IMG/VR virus record: IMGVR_UViG_3300017917_000400
Location: 32,001 to 96,000 of that record
Length of the DNA stretch: 64,000 nt
Origin: a virus
Strand: one strand, 5' to 3'
The notes under the pieces are model-generated. The model searched no databases. It saw only the letters and a program-made list of their open reading frames with translations, and was not told where the DNA came from. Each line of letters begins with the position of its first letter. Position 1 is the first letter of the stretch. Shown here in pieces: positions 1 through 10,082 of the stretch. The translations under genes and the position numbers were made by a program.

Positions 1-1507
1 TCCTCCACTGAGGTTCACCGTCTGTGCTACGTAACACTTCATCTTGATCACCAATAGGTATAGCAACGTTTTCAGTATTTGTTGTATCACGTGCTACAAT
101 ATCACCTTGTGTATTACCGGCATTAAACCGATCGTGTAATACATGAACAGTCCAAAAATCATTATTTGTATCTAGATCCGGTCTAATAACTTCGCCTAGA
201 CTGGTAAATGTTTTGATACAGCGATATGTAGCATTTTGCCAAATTACTAATTCTCCTACGCTGTATAATGTAGCAGACTGCCAAAAACTTCTCCATGCTG
301 TTCCGGGAACTATCAAACTCCAATAGGTATAATTGACGCCAACAAAATTTAGTGGCTGAGCATCTGCAGGCGAACCGTCAGGTGCTTCGTTTAAAATAAC
401 TGTAGTTGCGTTGGTCACGGAAACAACAGTCTGCCCTCGACTAAAACCGTTTCCAATTATAATCATGCCTGAAACAATACCAGTAGTAGAGTTTACTTTT
501 AATGTAGTTCCACTGCTGCCTGTAGCAGTATATGTTTTTGTTAGAGAAACTGCTGAAGGATCTTGTCCTACACTGTCAGTTATCGCAACAAATAAATTGC
601 CGCCCCTTCTTACTACATCGCCTACTTGATATGATCCGCCAGCCCAGTCACCGCTGACGCTGTATCCTTTGGTTACTAAACTCCATGCACTAGAACTATC
701 AACTGAATTAGTAGATGGAATATTGTTTAAATTATTGTTTACTAGACTTATGTAAGAATAGCCGCCATAGATAACAACATCGCCTGCCTGATAAGTGGTT
801 GTTTCGCTCCAACCATTTTCATATTGTTGTCCTGGTAACCATACATTAAATTTAGGATCATCAAATGTAGAAGTAGAAGTATGCCCTAAGATACATACTT
901 GAATATCTGGGCCAATTCTTACAAGATCGTTTAATTTATATCGTAGCCCAGATGTCCAAGTGCCTTTATATTCATAACCGTTGTGTACTATTTCCCACTT
1001 GGCTTGATCTGATTCTAAGCCTAATGCGGTTGTAGATGCTGATACGTGATTTTCAATACAGCGATAAACAATACCACCGTATTTTACAATATCTCCTAGA
1101 CCATAAACAGTTGATGTAGACCATCCACTATTCCAGTTATCAAACTGGCTATATGTTGTCCACTTGCTTAGATCAATCTGTGTTAACCCGCTGGTATGTT
1201 CGTCTATACAAACATATACTGCACCACCATATCTAACAATATTTCCTAAGGAATAAAATGTACTAGGTGTCCAATCTTCTTTCCATTGCACACCGTCAAG
1301 CATTAACTCCCAGCGAGGCTGTGAAGCCAATTCTGGAGTTATGTAATTTAAATCACTGTAAAAATTGGCCTGCGATGTATGGGGTTCTTTACAAACATAA
1401 CATTTTCCGTTATATTGAACGATAGCATCTCTATTATAAAAAATACCATCGGCCCATTCGCCCTTCCATGTAAATCGCAATCTACCAATCTTAAATTCTG
1501 AAGCCAT
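1..1507 (-). CDS. Virion fibre/adhesin with tandem CBM5/12 (ChtBD3)-like repeats; partial, runs off the window start; missing from the ORF track
   Basis: ATG at 1507 with AAGGA SD; open to the window edge (MASEFKIGRLRFTWKGEW...); repeated W-x4-5-Y-x2-G-D-x-V-x-Y-GG-x2-Y-x-C-x3-H-T-S units. Confidence 0.8.
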   Translation of the reverse strand, partial: MASEFKIGRLRFTWKGEWADGIFYNRDAIVQYNGKCYVCKEPHTSQANFYSDLNYITPELASQPRWELMLDGVQWKEDWTPSTFYSLGNIVRYGGAVYVCIDEHTSGLTQIDLSKWTTYSQFDNWNSGWSTSTVYGLGDIVKYGGIVYRCIENHVSASTTALGLESDQAKWEIVHNGYEYKGTWTSGLRYKLNDLVRIGPDIQVCILGHTSTSTFDDPKFNVWLPGQQYENGWSETTTYQAGDVVIYGGYSYISLVNNNLNNIPSTNSVDSSSAWSLVTKGYSVSGDWAGGSYQVGDVVRRGGNLFVAITDSVGQDPSAVSLTKTYTATGSSGTTLKVNSTTGIVSGMIIIGNGFSRGQTVVSVTNATTVILNEAPDGSPADAQPLNFVGVNYTYWSLIVPGTAWRSFWQSATLYSVGELVIWQNATYRCIKTFTSLGEVIRPDLDTNNDFWTVHVLHDRFNAGNTQGDIVARDTTNTENVAIPIGDQDEVLRSTDGEPQWR

Positions 1508-1543
1508 TTTATTTTCCTTATTCCTAGATTATCTCTATACTTA

Positions 1544-1912
1544 TCAGGTTACAATCTGTGTAGGATCGTAAACATATTCTTTGTTAATGCGAACTACAAA
1601 TTCGCCTTGGTCGTTGATATAATAGAACACGCTTCTGTTATCCCAGCGATATTGATCCCACTGTAAATTACTAAAAGGACGACTATGATCTTCTTCTAAG
1701 CGTCCATCAAAAAAATCAACACCATATTCAAATTCTGTATAATCGTTTTCTGTTAAACCTGGATTATTAATTGTGATAGAGTCGTCTGCATCTTTTAATT
1801 GATCAATTTTGACGAAATACAATAATCCGTCGTCTGTGCGTCTGATAGCATAGAAATATCGAGTGTTTGAATCACCAGTGTCTGATGGTTGTGTTCCAAT
1901 ATAATAAGACAT
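1544..1912 (-). CDS. Hypothetical virion-associated protein (122 aa)
   Basis: ORF with AAGGAG SD, in the fibre operon. Confidence 0.7.
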   Translation of the reverse strand: MSYYIGTQPSDTGDSNTRYFYAIRRTDDGLLYFVKIDQLKDADDSITINNPGLTENDYTEFEYGVDFFDGRLEEDHSRPFSNLQWDQYRWDNRSVFYYINDQGEFVVRINKEYVYDPTQIVT

Positions 1913-1924
1913 TTATTTTTCTCC

Positions 1925-2254
1925 TTATGCTATTTCAACGTAACTTAATACTAGATCTAGCGAATCGTCTTGACTGCAAAATACGTGTAATGAATTTTCT
2001 GGCGCAAGTATTAATTTTTCTCCGCCGTTAACTACACGTAAACTTGAATTTGGTGCAATAATTACATCTTTAATGAAGTAACCAACTGTACTAGCGTCAT
2101 CTGTGATAGTTACACTGGCTAATATATTACTGGCTGTTAAATTTGCTAGGCTTAAGCCAATTACTGTTGCACGAGTTGATGCAGTTGTTTCTAATATTTG
2201 AATAGGTGTTGTTCCTACTTCAGTTACTACTTTGTTCTTAAAAAAGTTTGCCAT
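1925..2254 (-). CDS. Small beta-rich virion protein (fibre adaptor?), paralog of 10826-11164
   Basis: 109 aa; IAPNSSLRV...EKLILAPENSLHV resembles IPAGETFTF.TEKLVLATGERVWA. Confidence 0.7.
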   Translation of the reverse strand: MANFFKNKVVTEVGTTPIQILETTASTRATVIGLSLANLTASNILASVTITDDASTVGYFIKDVIIAPNSSLRVVNGGEKLILAPENSLHVFCSQDDSLDLVLSYVEIA

Positions 2255-2260
2255 TTATTC

Positions 2261-5200
2261 TTATCCTAATATTAATGCAAATGTAATTGCAATATCTTCT
2301 GCGGTAGTTGCATTAATGCCACCGCCGGCACCTGCGGCTGAATCCCAAGTTGTACCATTAAACACTTCTAATTGTTTTAATTCTGAATTATAACGAGTCA
2401 TACCAACAACAGCATAGGCAGTAGGACGTTCTGAACTAACTCCAGTAGGAACTACAAATCCGTTAGTACCGGCAATTTTAAAGTAACCAATTCCGGTTTG
2501 TGTAATCTGTGTTACTGCACCTGATACTGTGTTAGTAATGGTATTATCTTTTATTGCAAAGTTTGCTAATTTGATGCTACCTGTACCAGTAGCATTAAAA
2601 ATAATATCTGTGTTTGTTGTACTGCTGATTGTATTGCCATCTATGATAATGTTATCAACTTCAACTCTAGGAACTTGTAATCTAGCACTAGTCAAATCTG
2701 CTGTTAAAACATTATTATTATAAAATCTAATCGTGTCATCGTTAGCGCCCGGTGTTAGCTCTGCGGTAATTCTTGTGGTGTCATCTAAGTCACCAACTCC
2801 ACTTAACTTGATCCAGTTAACACCGTCATAGCCCTCATAGCGGCCAATTTGACTGTTAAAACGAATCATACCAGACTGTGCTGTAGGACGCTCTGCGGTA
2901 TTACCCACAGGAATTATTAAACTTTGGTTAGAGTTGATACTTACTAGTTTATTTGTACCAGGTTGAATTACAATATCGCTGGCGGAATTACTGCTGATAA
3001 CGTTAGCATCAACATTAAATTCTTCTAAAACAATGTATCCAGTGCCGTTGGCACGTAATTCTAAATTACTATTTGAATTAGTTGTTGTGATATAATTGTC
3101 TTTGATAAAAATATCACCGTTGGAAAATTCTTCTGCGGTAATTCTATTGCTGGCTGTTAGATTTGCTGAACTAATGTCACCCGTAACAGACAAATTCTGT
3201 CCCATAGAAACATTATTATAAGGCATTGTGATAATACCTGTGCCTGCGGCACTTAGTTCTAAATTACTGTTTGATAATGTTGTGTATAATCTATTTCCAG
3301 CAATTTTAATATCTTGAAATTGGGCATCGCTGCCAACTGTTAATGTTCCTGTAACAGAATAATTACCCGTTTGTGTTACATCTCCAGTTTGAATTAAATT
3401 ACCAGTATAGGTAACTGTACCTGTAATATTTGTATTACCTAGCGTGGAAGTTCCAAGAACTGTTAAATCATTGTCTATTTGAACATTGTCGTTGGGGACA
3501 TAAATTCTACCAGTTCCATTAGCACGTAATTCTAAGTCTGCATTTGAATCTACAGTCTTAATAACATTGCCATCGATGTTAATGCTGTCAATGTGTAAGT
3601 TGCCGGTGTAGACATTTGCCCATTGTAGACCGTTTGTTCCTAGTGTATAGGTTTCTGTTACACCCGGAGTAATGTTACTAGTAATGCCTGCAACAATATT
3701 AATTGTGTCAGTAGGCTGATTACCGAGTGTAATATTACCACCAATATTAACATTACCAACAACATCAAGATTACCTGCGATGTTTACGTTATTTTGTAAA
3801 TTAATTTCGTCACTGGCAGAAACTATGTTTAGGTCACCGGTAATGCTTTCAACAGTGTTTCCACTGATTTTAATATTTCCAGTGTCAATTTCTGTACCAT
3901 CAATATAGGTAGTATTAACACCATCAGTAAATGTTACCCCTGTTAATGAACTAATATTAAAACTTGTAGTAGTAAACTCTACAGTTCCTGCGGCTTGATT
4001 AACATAGAATAAATCACCAACACGGAAGTCGCCCTTATGGTCTACTGAACTATAATAAATCTTAGCATCATTAAGTTCAACAATTTCGTTGGCTTGTACG
4101 ACATAAGAAGGATCATTATCTACACGCTTACCTGTACCAATATAGGCTAAGTTTTGTCCAATTAGATAAGCAATTACTCCTAGTCCGTCGCCATAGAATC
4201 CATAGTTACCGTAAACACAGGCACTACCAATACTACGAACTTCTGTACCAAAGTCGCTGTGGTCAACTAGAGTAATTGCAGTAGCAGTGCCGCCTGCATT
4301 TGTTCTAATATCTTGTTCTAATAATGTTTCATCAACAAATGTTGTAGAATTGTTTGCACCGTCAAATCTTAAAAGTAATACAGTACTGCTTAAATTAGGA
4401 ACAACAGATGTTGGTGCTGAAAAAGATACGGTATAGAGTCCAGTTCCTTTAGTAACTCTAAAGTCATCAATGTATCCATTCCATCCTGTGCTACCGCTCC
4501 AGGATGCTCCTATGTTCAGAGGTTTTGTAGTTCCATAATTATTAGAATCAGAATAGGTGTTTGTTGAAACCGTTCCGTTGATAAAGAATCTTGTTACGCC
4601 GCCGGATTTAGAAATAGCAACATGAGTCCATGCTCCTGTAGGAACAATATTACTACTAGTTAAAACATAACCGCCATTAACAAATAATCTTAAATTGCCT
4701 GCGGCACTAGATTCTACATACAAACTAAATTGTGCAGTACCAGAAGTTCTTTGATCAAATAATATCATTTGACTGGCTGAGTTTTTATAAACCCAACCTT
4801 CTATAGTAAAGTCCCCTGTTCCAAAACCAAAATCTATATTACTTGCTATTGATGCGTAATCGCCTGTGCCGTCTAATATAAGACTTGCTGTGCCAAATTT
4901 TTTCTGTGCTGTAGATAACTTAGCGTTTCCTACGGCTGTGATTGTTTTGCCGCCGCGTTCAAATTGTGTTTCTAATCCAGAAACTTTACCTGTTAAGTAA
5001 ATTTTTCCGTCTGTGTCAATTTTACTAATTGTACCAGATGCTAGTACTGTAGGATATATTGAGTAATATGTTAATGTATTACCAACATTAAATGTTCCTG
5101 TTTGTCCGCTTAGTCTTAATTCTGTCTTGCCTGCGCCAGCAAACCCTGTGCTACCGCTAACTGCATTAAAACCTTTGTTGGCAAAATATGTAAATGAATT

Positions 5201-6454
5201 TAACCACTCGATGCGTGTACCGTTAGTGGTTACAATCGCATCAACACCCGGTGTGATAAATGTCGCACTGTGGAATAATACACTGGCTTCTTTTGACAGC
5301 ACATTAGCAACACTGCCATCTAAGTATGCTCCACGACCTGCATCGCCAGCATCAAAACCTCTAGGATCTGATACGCTAGTTACAGAGCCGGCAGTAATAA
5401 CAGTGATGTTTCTAACATAAGGACTACGACTAGTTACTGTAAATCCTGGAGCAAATTTAAAAGCATATCCCGGACTGTAAAAGTCTGCAATAGTTAAATC
5501 TTCTACAGTACATTCACCATTTAGTAATATAGCGTCTTGAGTATTAGTTCCTGCTGTTGGTGTAATTTTTACACTGCGTAGACCATAACCTTTAACTGTA
5601 ACGCCTGTAGGCACAGTTAAAGGAAATATTTCTTGATAATCTCCTGGATAGATATAAACAGTATCTCCGCTAGTTGCTTGACTTAGCGCATATTTGATAG
5701 TTAAATATGGATCATTTTGATGTGTACCGCTGTAACTATCACTACCGTTTGTAGCAACATAAAGTATATTGCCTTGTCTTAGATTTAAATTAATTAAATC
5801 AACTACTAGATCGCCGGTGTCAATAACATCTGCGTATAGAGTATTTGTCCATACATCTGCCCAACGCTTTCCGCTTTCACCTAAAGTATACGTGTCATCT
5901 TGATCTGGTACAATATTGCTGACAACTTCTCCGGTAAATGTAATATTATCTGTATTTGCATTACCTAATTGTATGTTGCCGTCCGCAGTAATATTGCCAG
6001 TTGCGTGTATATTACCATTGACAGTTACGTTTGAAAATACTTCAACAGAGCCTGTACCGTTAGGACGCAGTTCTAAGTCTGTATTAGTAGTATGTGTGCG
6101 TATGATGTTGTTTTCTATTTCAACATCATCTACACGTAATTTTTGTTGATAAACAACAGGACTCGATCCTGCTGGAATTAATGAAAGTACATCTTCATTA
6201 GTTGATATAGTTGTGCCGGAAATACTTACATCGGCAATTTCTGCTAGTGTATCTACTAATAGTGATGTTGTTCTTGTTGTGCCGTTAACAGTGAGTGTAT
6301 GAGACGGGGTTGTGGTCTTAATACCAATCTTATGATTAGCGGAGTTTGGATCTGTAACATTTAAGTATATAAGGTCAGTCTCAAATGCTAGATCCACACC
6401 TTGGCGTAGAAGGTTAGCCTTTAAGAGCGGACCGGAAATTCGACCAACGGCCAT
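2261..6454 (-). CDS. Large fibre/adhesin with pectin-lyase-like (DUF1565-type) region and LamG/ConA-like lectin domain
   Basis: YVATNGSD..G...PYLTIKYAL...GDTVYIYPGDY; GTGDFTIEGWV...WTHVAISK...GYIDDFRVTKG; SNSNLELRANGTG repeats; GxTAERP...GMIRFN motifs. Confidence 0.8.
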   Translation of the reverse strand: MAVGRISGPLLKANLLRQGVDLAFETDLIYLNVTDPNSANHKIGIKTTTPSHTLTVNGTTRTTSLLVDTLAEIADVSISGTTISTNEDVLSLIPAGSSPVVYQQKLRVDDVEIENNIIRTHTTNTDLELRPNGTGSVEVFSNVTVNGNIHATGNITADGNIQLGNANTDNITFTGEVVSNIVPDQDDTYTLGESGKRWADVWTNTLYADVIDTGDLVVDLINLNLRQGNILYVATNGSDSYSGTHQNDPYLTIKYALSQATSGDTVYIYPGDYQEIFPLTVPTGVTVKGYGLRSVKITPTAGTNTQDAILLNGECTVEDLTIADFYSPGYAFKFAPGFTVTSRSPYVRNITVITAGSVTSVSDPRGFDAGDAGRGAYLDGSVANVLSKEASVLFHSATFITPGVDAIVTTNGTRIEWLNSFTYFANKGFNAVSGSTGFAGAGKTELRLSGQTGTFNVGNTLTYYSIYPTVLASGTISKIDTDGKIYLTGKVSGLETQFERGGKTITAVGNAKLSTAQKKFGTASLILDGTGDYASIASNIDFGFGTGDFTIEGWVYKNSASQMILFDQRTSGTAQFSLYVESSAAGNLRLFVNGGYVLTSSNIVPTGAWTHVAISKSGGVTRFFINGTVSTNTYSDSNNYGTTKPLNIGASWSGSTGWNGYIDDFRVTKGTGLYTVSFSAPTSVVPNLSSTVLLLRFDGANNSTTFVDETLLEQDIRTNAGGTATAITLVDHSDFGTEVRSIGSACVYGNYGFYGDGLGVIAYLIGQNLAYIGTGKRVDNDPSYVVQANEIVELNDAKIYYSSVDHKGDFRVGDLFYVNQAAGTVEFTTTSFNISSLTGVTFTDGVNTTYIDGTEIDTGNIKISGNTVESITGDLNIVSASDEINLQNNVNIAGNLDVVGNVNIGGNITLGNQPTDTINIVAGITSNITPGVTETYTLGTNGLQWANVYTGNLHIDSINIDGNVIKTVDSNADLELRANGTGRIYVPNDNVQIDNDLTVLGTSTLGNTNITGTVTYTGNLIQTGDVTQTGNYSVTGTLTVGSDAQFQDIKIAGNRLYTTLSNSNLELSAAGTGIITMPYNNVSMGQNLSVTGDISSANLTASNRITAEEFSNGDIFIKDNYITTTNSNSNLELRANGTGYIVLEEFNVDANVISSNSASDIVIQPGTNKLVSINSNQSLIIPVGNTAERPTAQSGMIRFNSQIGRYEGYDGVNWIKLSGVGDLDDTTRITAELTPGANDDTIRFYNNNVLTADLTSARLQVPRVEVDNIIIDGNTISSTTNTDIIFNATGTGSIKLANFAIKDNTITNTVSGAVTQITQTGIGYFKIAGTNGFVVPTGVSSERPTAYAVVGMTRYNSELKQLEVFNGTTWDSAAGAGGGINATTAEDIAITFALILG

Positions 6455-6580
6455 ATATCACTCCTGATAACCCCGTGTTTCACGGTTAACCAATTTTGGA
6501 TTTCTCCGCAGCCGTTTTTACGGCTCTTTGCTGGTTTACCACAGTTTAACCATACAAGGAATTGGTCATCCCTTGTAATC
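6455..6580 (-). ncRNA. Candidate structured 5' leader RNA (riboswitch-like) of the LamG fibre gene
   Basis: At least five stems between late promoter TAAATA (6586-6591) and the SD (6461-6465), including a GAAA-looped stem and alternative pairings. Confidence 0.5.
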
Positions 6581-6585
6581 ATTAG

Positions 6586-6591
6586 TATTTA
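6586..6591 (-). promoter_or_regulatory. Late promoter TAAATA (CGGCTAAATA)
   Basis: Core of the T4 gp55 consensus TATAAATA; same CGGCTAAATA context as 12733-12738. Confidence 0.65.
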
Positions 6592-6604
6592 GCCGTTTGG
6601 ATTT

Positions 6605-9600
6605 TTAACCTAGTATTAGGTTCCAGAGATATGAAATTTCTTCCATGTAATCTGAGGTTACAGTTTCGCCCTCACCGCCCGCATTACCCCATGCAGTACC
6701 TGTCCAGACTTCAACATATCCTTCCTCAATATTGAATCTAGTTTCACCTAATTCAGGAGTTGATCGCTGTTCTGCCGTTGTGCCCGATGGCATTACGAAG
6801 CCGTTATTTCCTGAAATGGCTACGTATCCTAGTCCGGTTGTACTTAAAACAATAGCAGAATTTAAATTATTCTGTACAGTTGATCCAGTAATCGTGGTAT
6901 TTTCTATTTGATTAACGCCCGTGCCGTTTGGCGCAAAAGTAAGATCGTTATTAGTTGTTATAACAGTGTTTGTGTCAAATAGTGTATTATCTACCAGTAA
7001 CCCGTTAGTGCGTAATCGTGTACTGGTAATATCCATAGTTAGAATATTATCTGCTCTAAAATTTAACTCTTCGCTAGATCCTGCTGTTACTGATGTTTGT
7101 CTATCTAAGGAATATACTCCGCCAAAGGCAGCACCAAAGCCTTCAAAAATTCCAGTTATTGTGTTAAATCGAATGTCGCCCTGTGTAGGTATTGGGCGAT
7201 CTGCTGTAGTCCCTTTAGGCACTATTAACGCCGCAGTTGTGTCAAATTTTAAATTTTTGCCTGTGTTTGGCTGTATAAAGATATCGTCAACATTAGATAT
7301 TACATTTGATGTAAATTTTGTAGTTTCTAAAAATACTCCGCCGCCGCCGTTTCCTCGGAGTTCTAAATTGTTGTTTCCTACTGTAGTTGTAATATAGTTG
7401 TCTTTGATTAAAATGTCATTGTTATAAAATTCTTCAGCAGTGACTCTATTTACGGTGTTCTGATTAGTTGTTGTAATATTGCTTGTTACTGATAAGTTTT
7501 GACTAATACTAACATTTTTATTTGGTACAGAAATAATACCTGTACCTGCGGCGCTTAATTCTAAATTGCTGTTTGAATCTGTAGTAAAAAGTCTGTTATC
7601 AACAATATTAATGTTGTCAAAAAACGCATCACCGCCAACTGTTATTGTGCCAGTGTGCGAAGAAAAACCAGTTATTGTTTTATTTCCAGCAAGAACTATA
7701 TTTCCTAACTGATTTAGATTTCCTATAAAATCTGCAGATTGTAGTGTTGTTAGACCAGCAACGGTCATTGTTTGATCAAACTTAGCAGAATCTTTTATGT
7801 TTACAATACCTGCAGAGTTAGCACGTAATTCTAAATCACTGTTTGAAACTGTAGTTTCAATTATGTTATTACGAACACGAATATCGTTTATATTTGCTTC
7901 ACTGACATAGACGTCGCTCCAAACTTTTGATGCAGATCCTAAATCGTAGGTTTCTGTTGCATCTGGTTCAAAGTTTTGATTTAAAGATTGTGCAAATGTA
8001 ACAGTATCAACAGTTTGATTGCCTAGTGTTAATTGCCCATCAAGACTAAAATCTCCGGTAATATCAAGATTTTTAGCAATATTAACATTCTGTGTTAGAT
8101 TAGTACTTGTGCTTGCGGCTAGTAATTTTACGTCTCCTGCTAAACTTTCAATTGTATTGCCTGCAATCTTTAAATTGCCTGTAGTGATAAAATCTTTGTT
8201 AATAACTGTAACTTCTGATCCTGTGGTAACAGTCAGTCCGGTTGCACCAGTAGATGCTAATCCACTAGCATCAAAACTTACTGTACCTTGTTCAAAGTCA
8301 ACATAAAAAATATCGCCCACTCGGAATGTGCCGGTGTGATCTTGACTTTGATAATAAATTTTTCCAGAGTTTAATTCAACTGTTTCGTTGGCCTGTACAA
8401 CTAGGGTTTTATCGTTGCTAACATCTTTGCCTGTGCCTGTATAGGCAAAGTTATGCTGAATAAGATACATTAGCGTGTTTGCGCCGTCTGCTACTGCACC
8501 GTAATTTCCGTAAACGTTTGCGGATCCGATACTGCGAATTTCAGCACCGTATGCTAGTGTACTACCGTCTTGTGTTAATCTTCCAGTACCTTGTGTAGCA
8601 TATAATCCTCTATTGGCAAAATATGTAAATGAGTTTAACCATTCAACTCTAACACCATTTGTCATAGTTAGAGCATCAACACCGGGTGTGATAAATGTTA
8701 CACTATGGAATAACATTGAGGCTTCATTAGTTAGGTAAGTTGCTTCGCTACCGTCTACTAGTGCTCCACGACCTGCATCGCCGCTGGCAAATCCCCTTGG
8801 ATCGTCTACTGTGGTTGTTGTTCCCTGTGTAATAACTGTAACGTTTTGAACATACGGACTACGTGAAGTAACTGTAAATCCAGGAGCAAATCTAAAAGCA
8901 TAACCTTTGTCATTAATACTGTCATAATAAAAATCTTTAATAGTTAAATCTGATACTGTAGTTTCGCCATTCATATGAAACACGTCTTCACTTTGACTAG
9001 CAGTATCTGGAACAATTATAACAGAACGTAAATCGTGTCCACGAACAGCGACGCCTTGTGGTACTACCAGTGGTAGTAGTTCATAATATGTTCCTGGAAA
9101 AATTTTAACCGTGTCGCCCGGTACTGCTACACTTAATGCTTTTTCAATTGTACCAAACGGCCCGTTTTCATGATTGCCTTGATTTGTATTGTCGCCGTTG
9201 GTTGCTACAAACCAAATGTTTCCTGGACGTAGTGCATAATTAACACCGCTAGGTGTTTGCAGAGAAGACGTTGTTATTGAAGAACCATTAACTAAATTAG
9301 TATATAAACTGTTCCACCTTTTTGTAGATGAGGAACCTAATTTATACAAATTATCTTGGTCTGGGATTATATTACTGTTTACATCTGCGTTAAAATCAAT
9401 GTTATCATCAGAGTTACTACCAAATTGTATGTTTCCGTCTAATGTAATATCATTTGTAGAATGTAAGTTTCCAGTGACATTAAAATTGCTATAAACTGTT
9501 AATTGCCCTGTTCCGTTAGGACGTATTTCTAAATTAGTATTAGACAACGTTTCTGTTAAGAATGCATCACCTAAATCAATACTATCAACAAAAGACACAG

Positions 9601-10027
9601 TAGATGCTGAACCTAAATCTAATTCAGACAATGCTGTAATAAATGCATTACCACCGTCGATGTCGTCAAGTAAACTTCCGCTGGTTGTTGATATTACATT
9701 GTTATTGATGCTTATATCGTTTGTCTGTATTTCTGAAGCAAACACACGATCAACTGCGGTAATGTTTAGCGGCCCTAATGCTGTAGTAATTCGAGAAGTA
9801 TCAACAGTAATATCACCGTTGCTATAGGATAAATCAATTAGAAGATTTGTAGTTCTAATTGTACCTGCTACATCTAATGGTACAGTAGGCGACGATGTTT
9901 TAATACCTATTTGATTAGTGTTTACATCAAGGTATATTAAATCAGTTTCAAAGGCAAGATCAACCCCATCTCGTGTGAGGTTATCTTTGAGCATTATACC
10001 TGAAATTCTACCAATATCTGCGGGCAT
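6605..10027 (-). CDS. Large fibre/adhesin, paralog of 2261-6454 lacking the LamG insert
   Basis: Start reassigned to ATG at 10027 (MPADIGRISG) because a GGAG SD lies at 10037-10040; collinear similarity with 2261-6454. Confidence 0.8.
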   Translation of the reverse strand: MPADIGRISGIMLKDNLTRDGVDLAFETDLIYLDVNTNQIGIKTSSPTVPLDVAGTIRTTNLLIDLSYSNGDITVDTSRITTALGPLNITAVDRVFASEIQTNDISINNNVISTTSGSLLDDIDGGNAFITALSELDLGSASTVSFVDSIDLGDAFLTETLSNTNLEIRPNGTGQLTVYSNFNVTGNLHSTNDITLDGNIQFGSNSDDNIDFNADVNSNIIPDQDNLYKLGSSSTKRWNSLYTNLVNGSSITTSSLQTPSGVNYALRPGNIWFVATNGDNTNQGNHENGPFGTIEKALSVAVPGDTVKIFPGTYYELLPLVVPQGVAVRGHDLRSVIIVPDTASQSEDVFHMNGETTVSDLTIKDFYYDSINDKGYAFRFAPGFTVTSRSPYVQNVTVITQGTTTTVDDPRGFASGDAGRGALVDGSEATYLTNEASMLFHSVTFITPGVDALTMTNGVRVEWLNSFTYFANRGLYATQGTGRLTQDGSTLAYGAEIRSIGSANVYGNYGAVADGANTLMYLIQHNFAYTGTGKDVSNDKTLVVQANETVELNSGKIYYQSQDHTGTFRVGDIFYVDFEQGTVSFDASGLASTGATGLTVTTGSEVTVINKDFITTGNLKIAGNTIESLAGDVKLLAASTSTNLTQNVNIAKNLDITGDFSLDGQLTLGNQTVDTVTFAQSLNQNFEPDATETYDLGSASKVWSDVYVSEANINDIRVRNNIIETTVSNSDLELRANSAGIVNIKDSAKFDQTMTVAGLTTLQSADFIGNLNQLGNIVLAGNKTITGFSSHTGTITVGGDAFFDNINIVDNRLFTTDSNSNLELSAAGTGIISVPNKNVSISQNLSVTSNITTTNQNTVNRVTAEEFYNNDILIKDNYITTTVGNNNLELRGNGGGGVFLETTKFTSNVISNVDDIFIQPNTGKNLKFDTTAALIVPKGTTADRPIPTQGDIRFNTITGIFEGFGAAFGGVYSLDRQTSVTAGSSEELNFRADNILTMDITSTRLRTNGLLVDNTLFDTNTVITTNNDLTFAPNGTGVNQIENTTITGSTVQNNLNSAIVLSTTGLGYVAISGNNGFVMPSGTTAEQRSTPELGETRFNIEEGYVEVWTGTAWGNAGGEGETVTSDYMEEISYLWNLILG

Positions 10028-10045
10028 GTGATTAGTCTCCAATAA

Positions 10046-10051
10046 TATTTA
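10046..10051 (-). promoter_or_regulatory. Late promoter TAAATA
   Basis: Intergenic, upstream of the SD of 6605-10027. Confidence 0.6.
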
Positions 10052-10082
10052 TTGGATCCTGGAAGATTAAAAGTATGGGTGT

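Noticed and set aside
6520-6545. c-di-GMP-I riboswitch (GGUAAACC...GCAAAG resemblance)
   Set aside because: The GNRA-capped stem and GGGACG normally lying between these two motifs are absent; kept only as an unclassified leader
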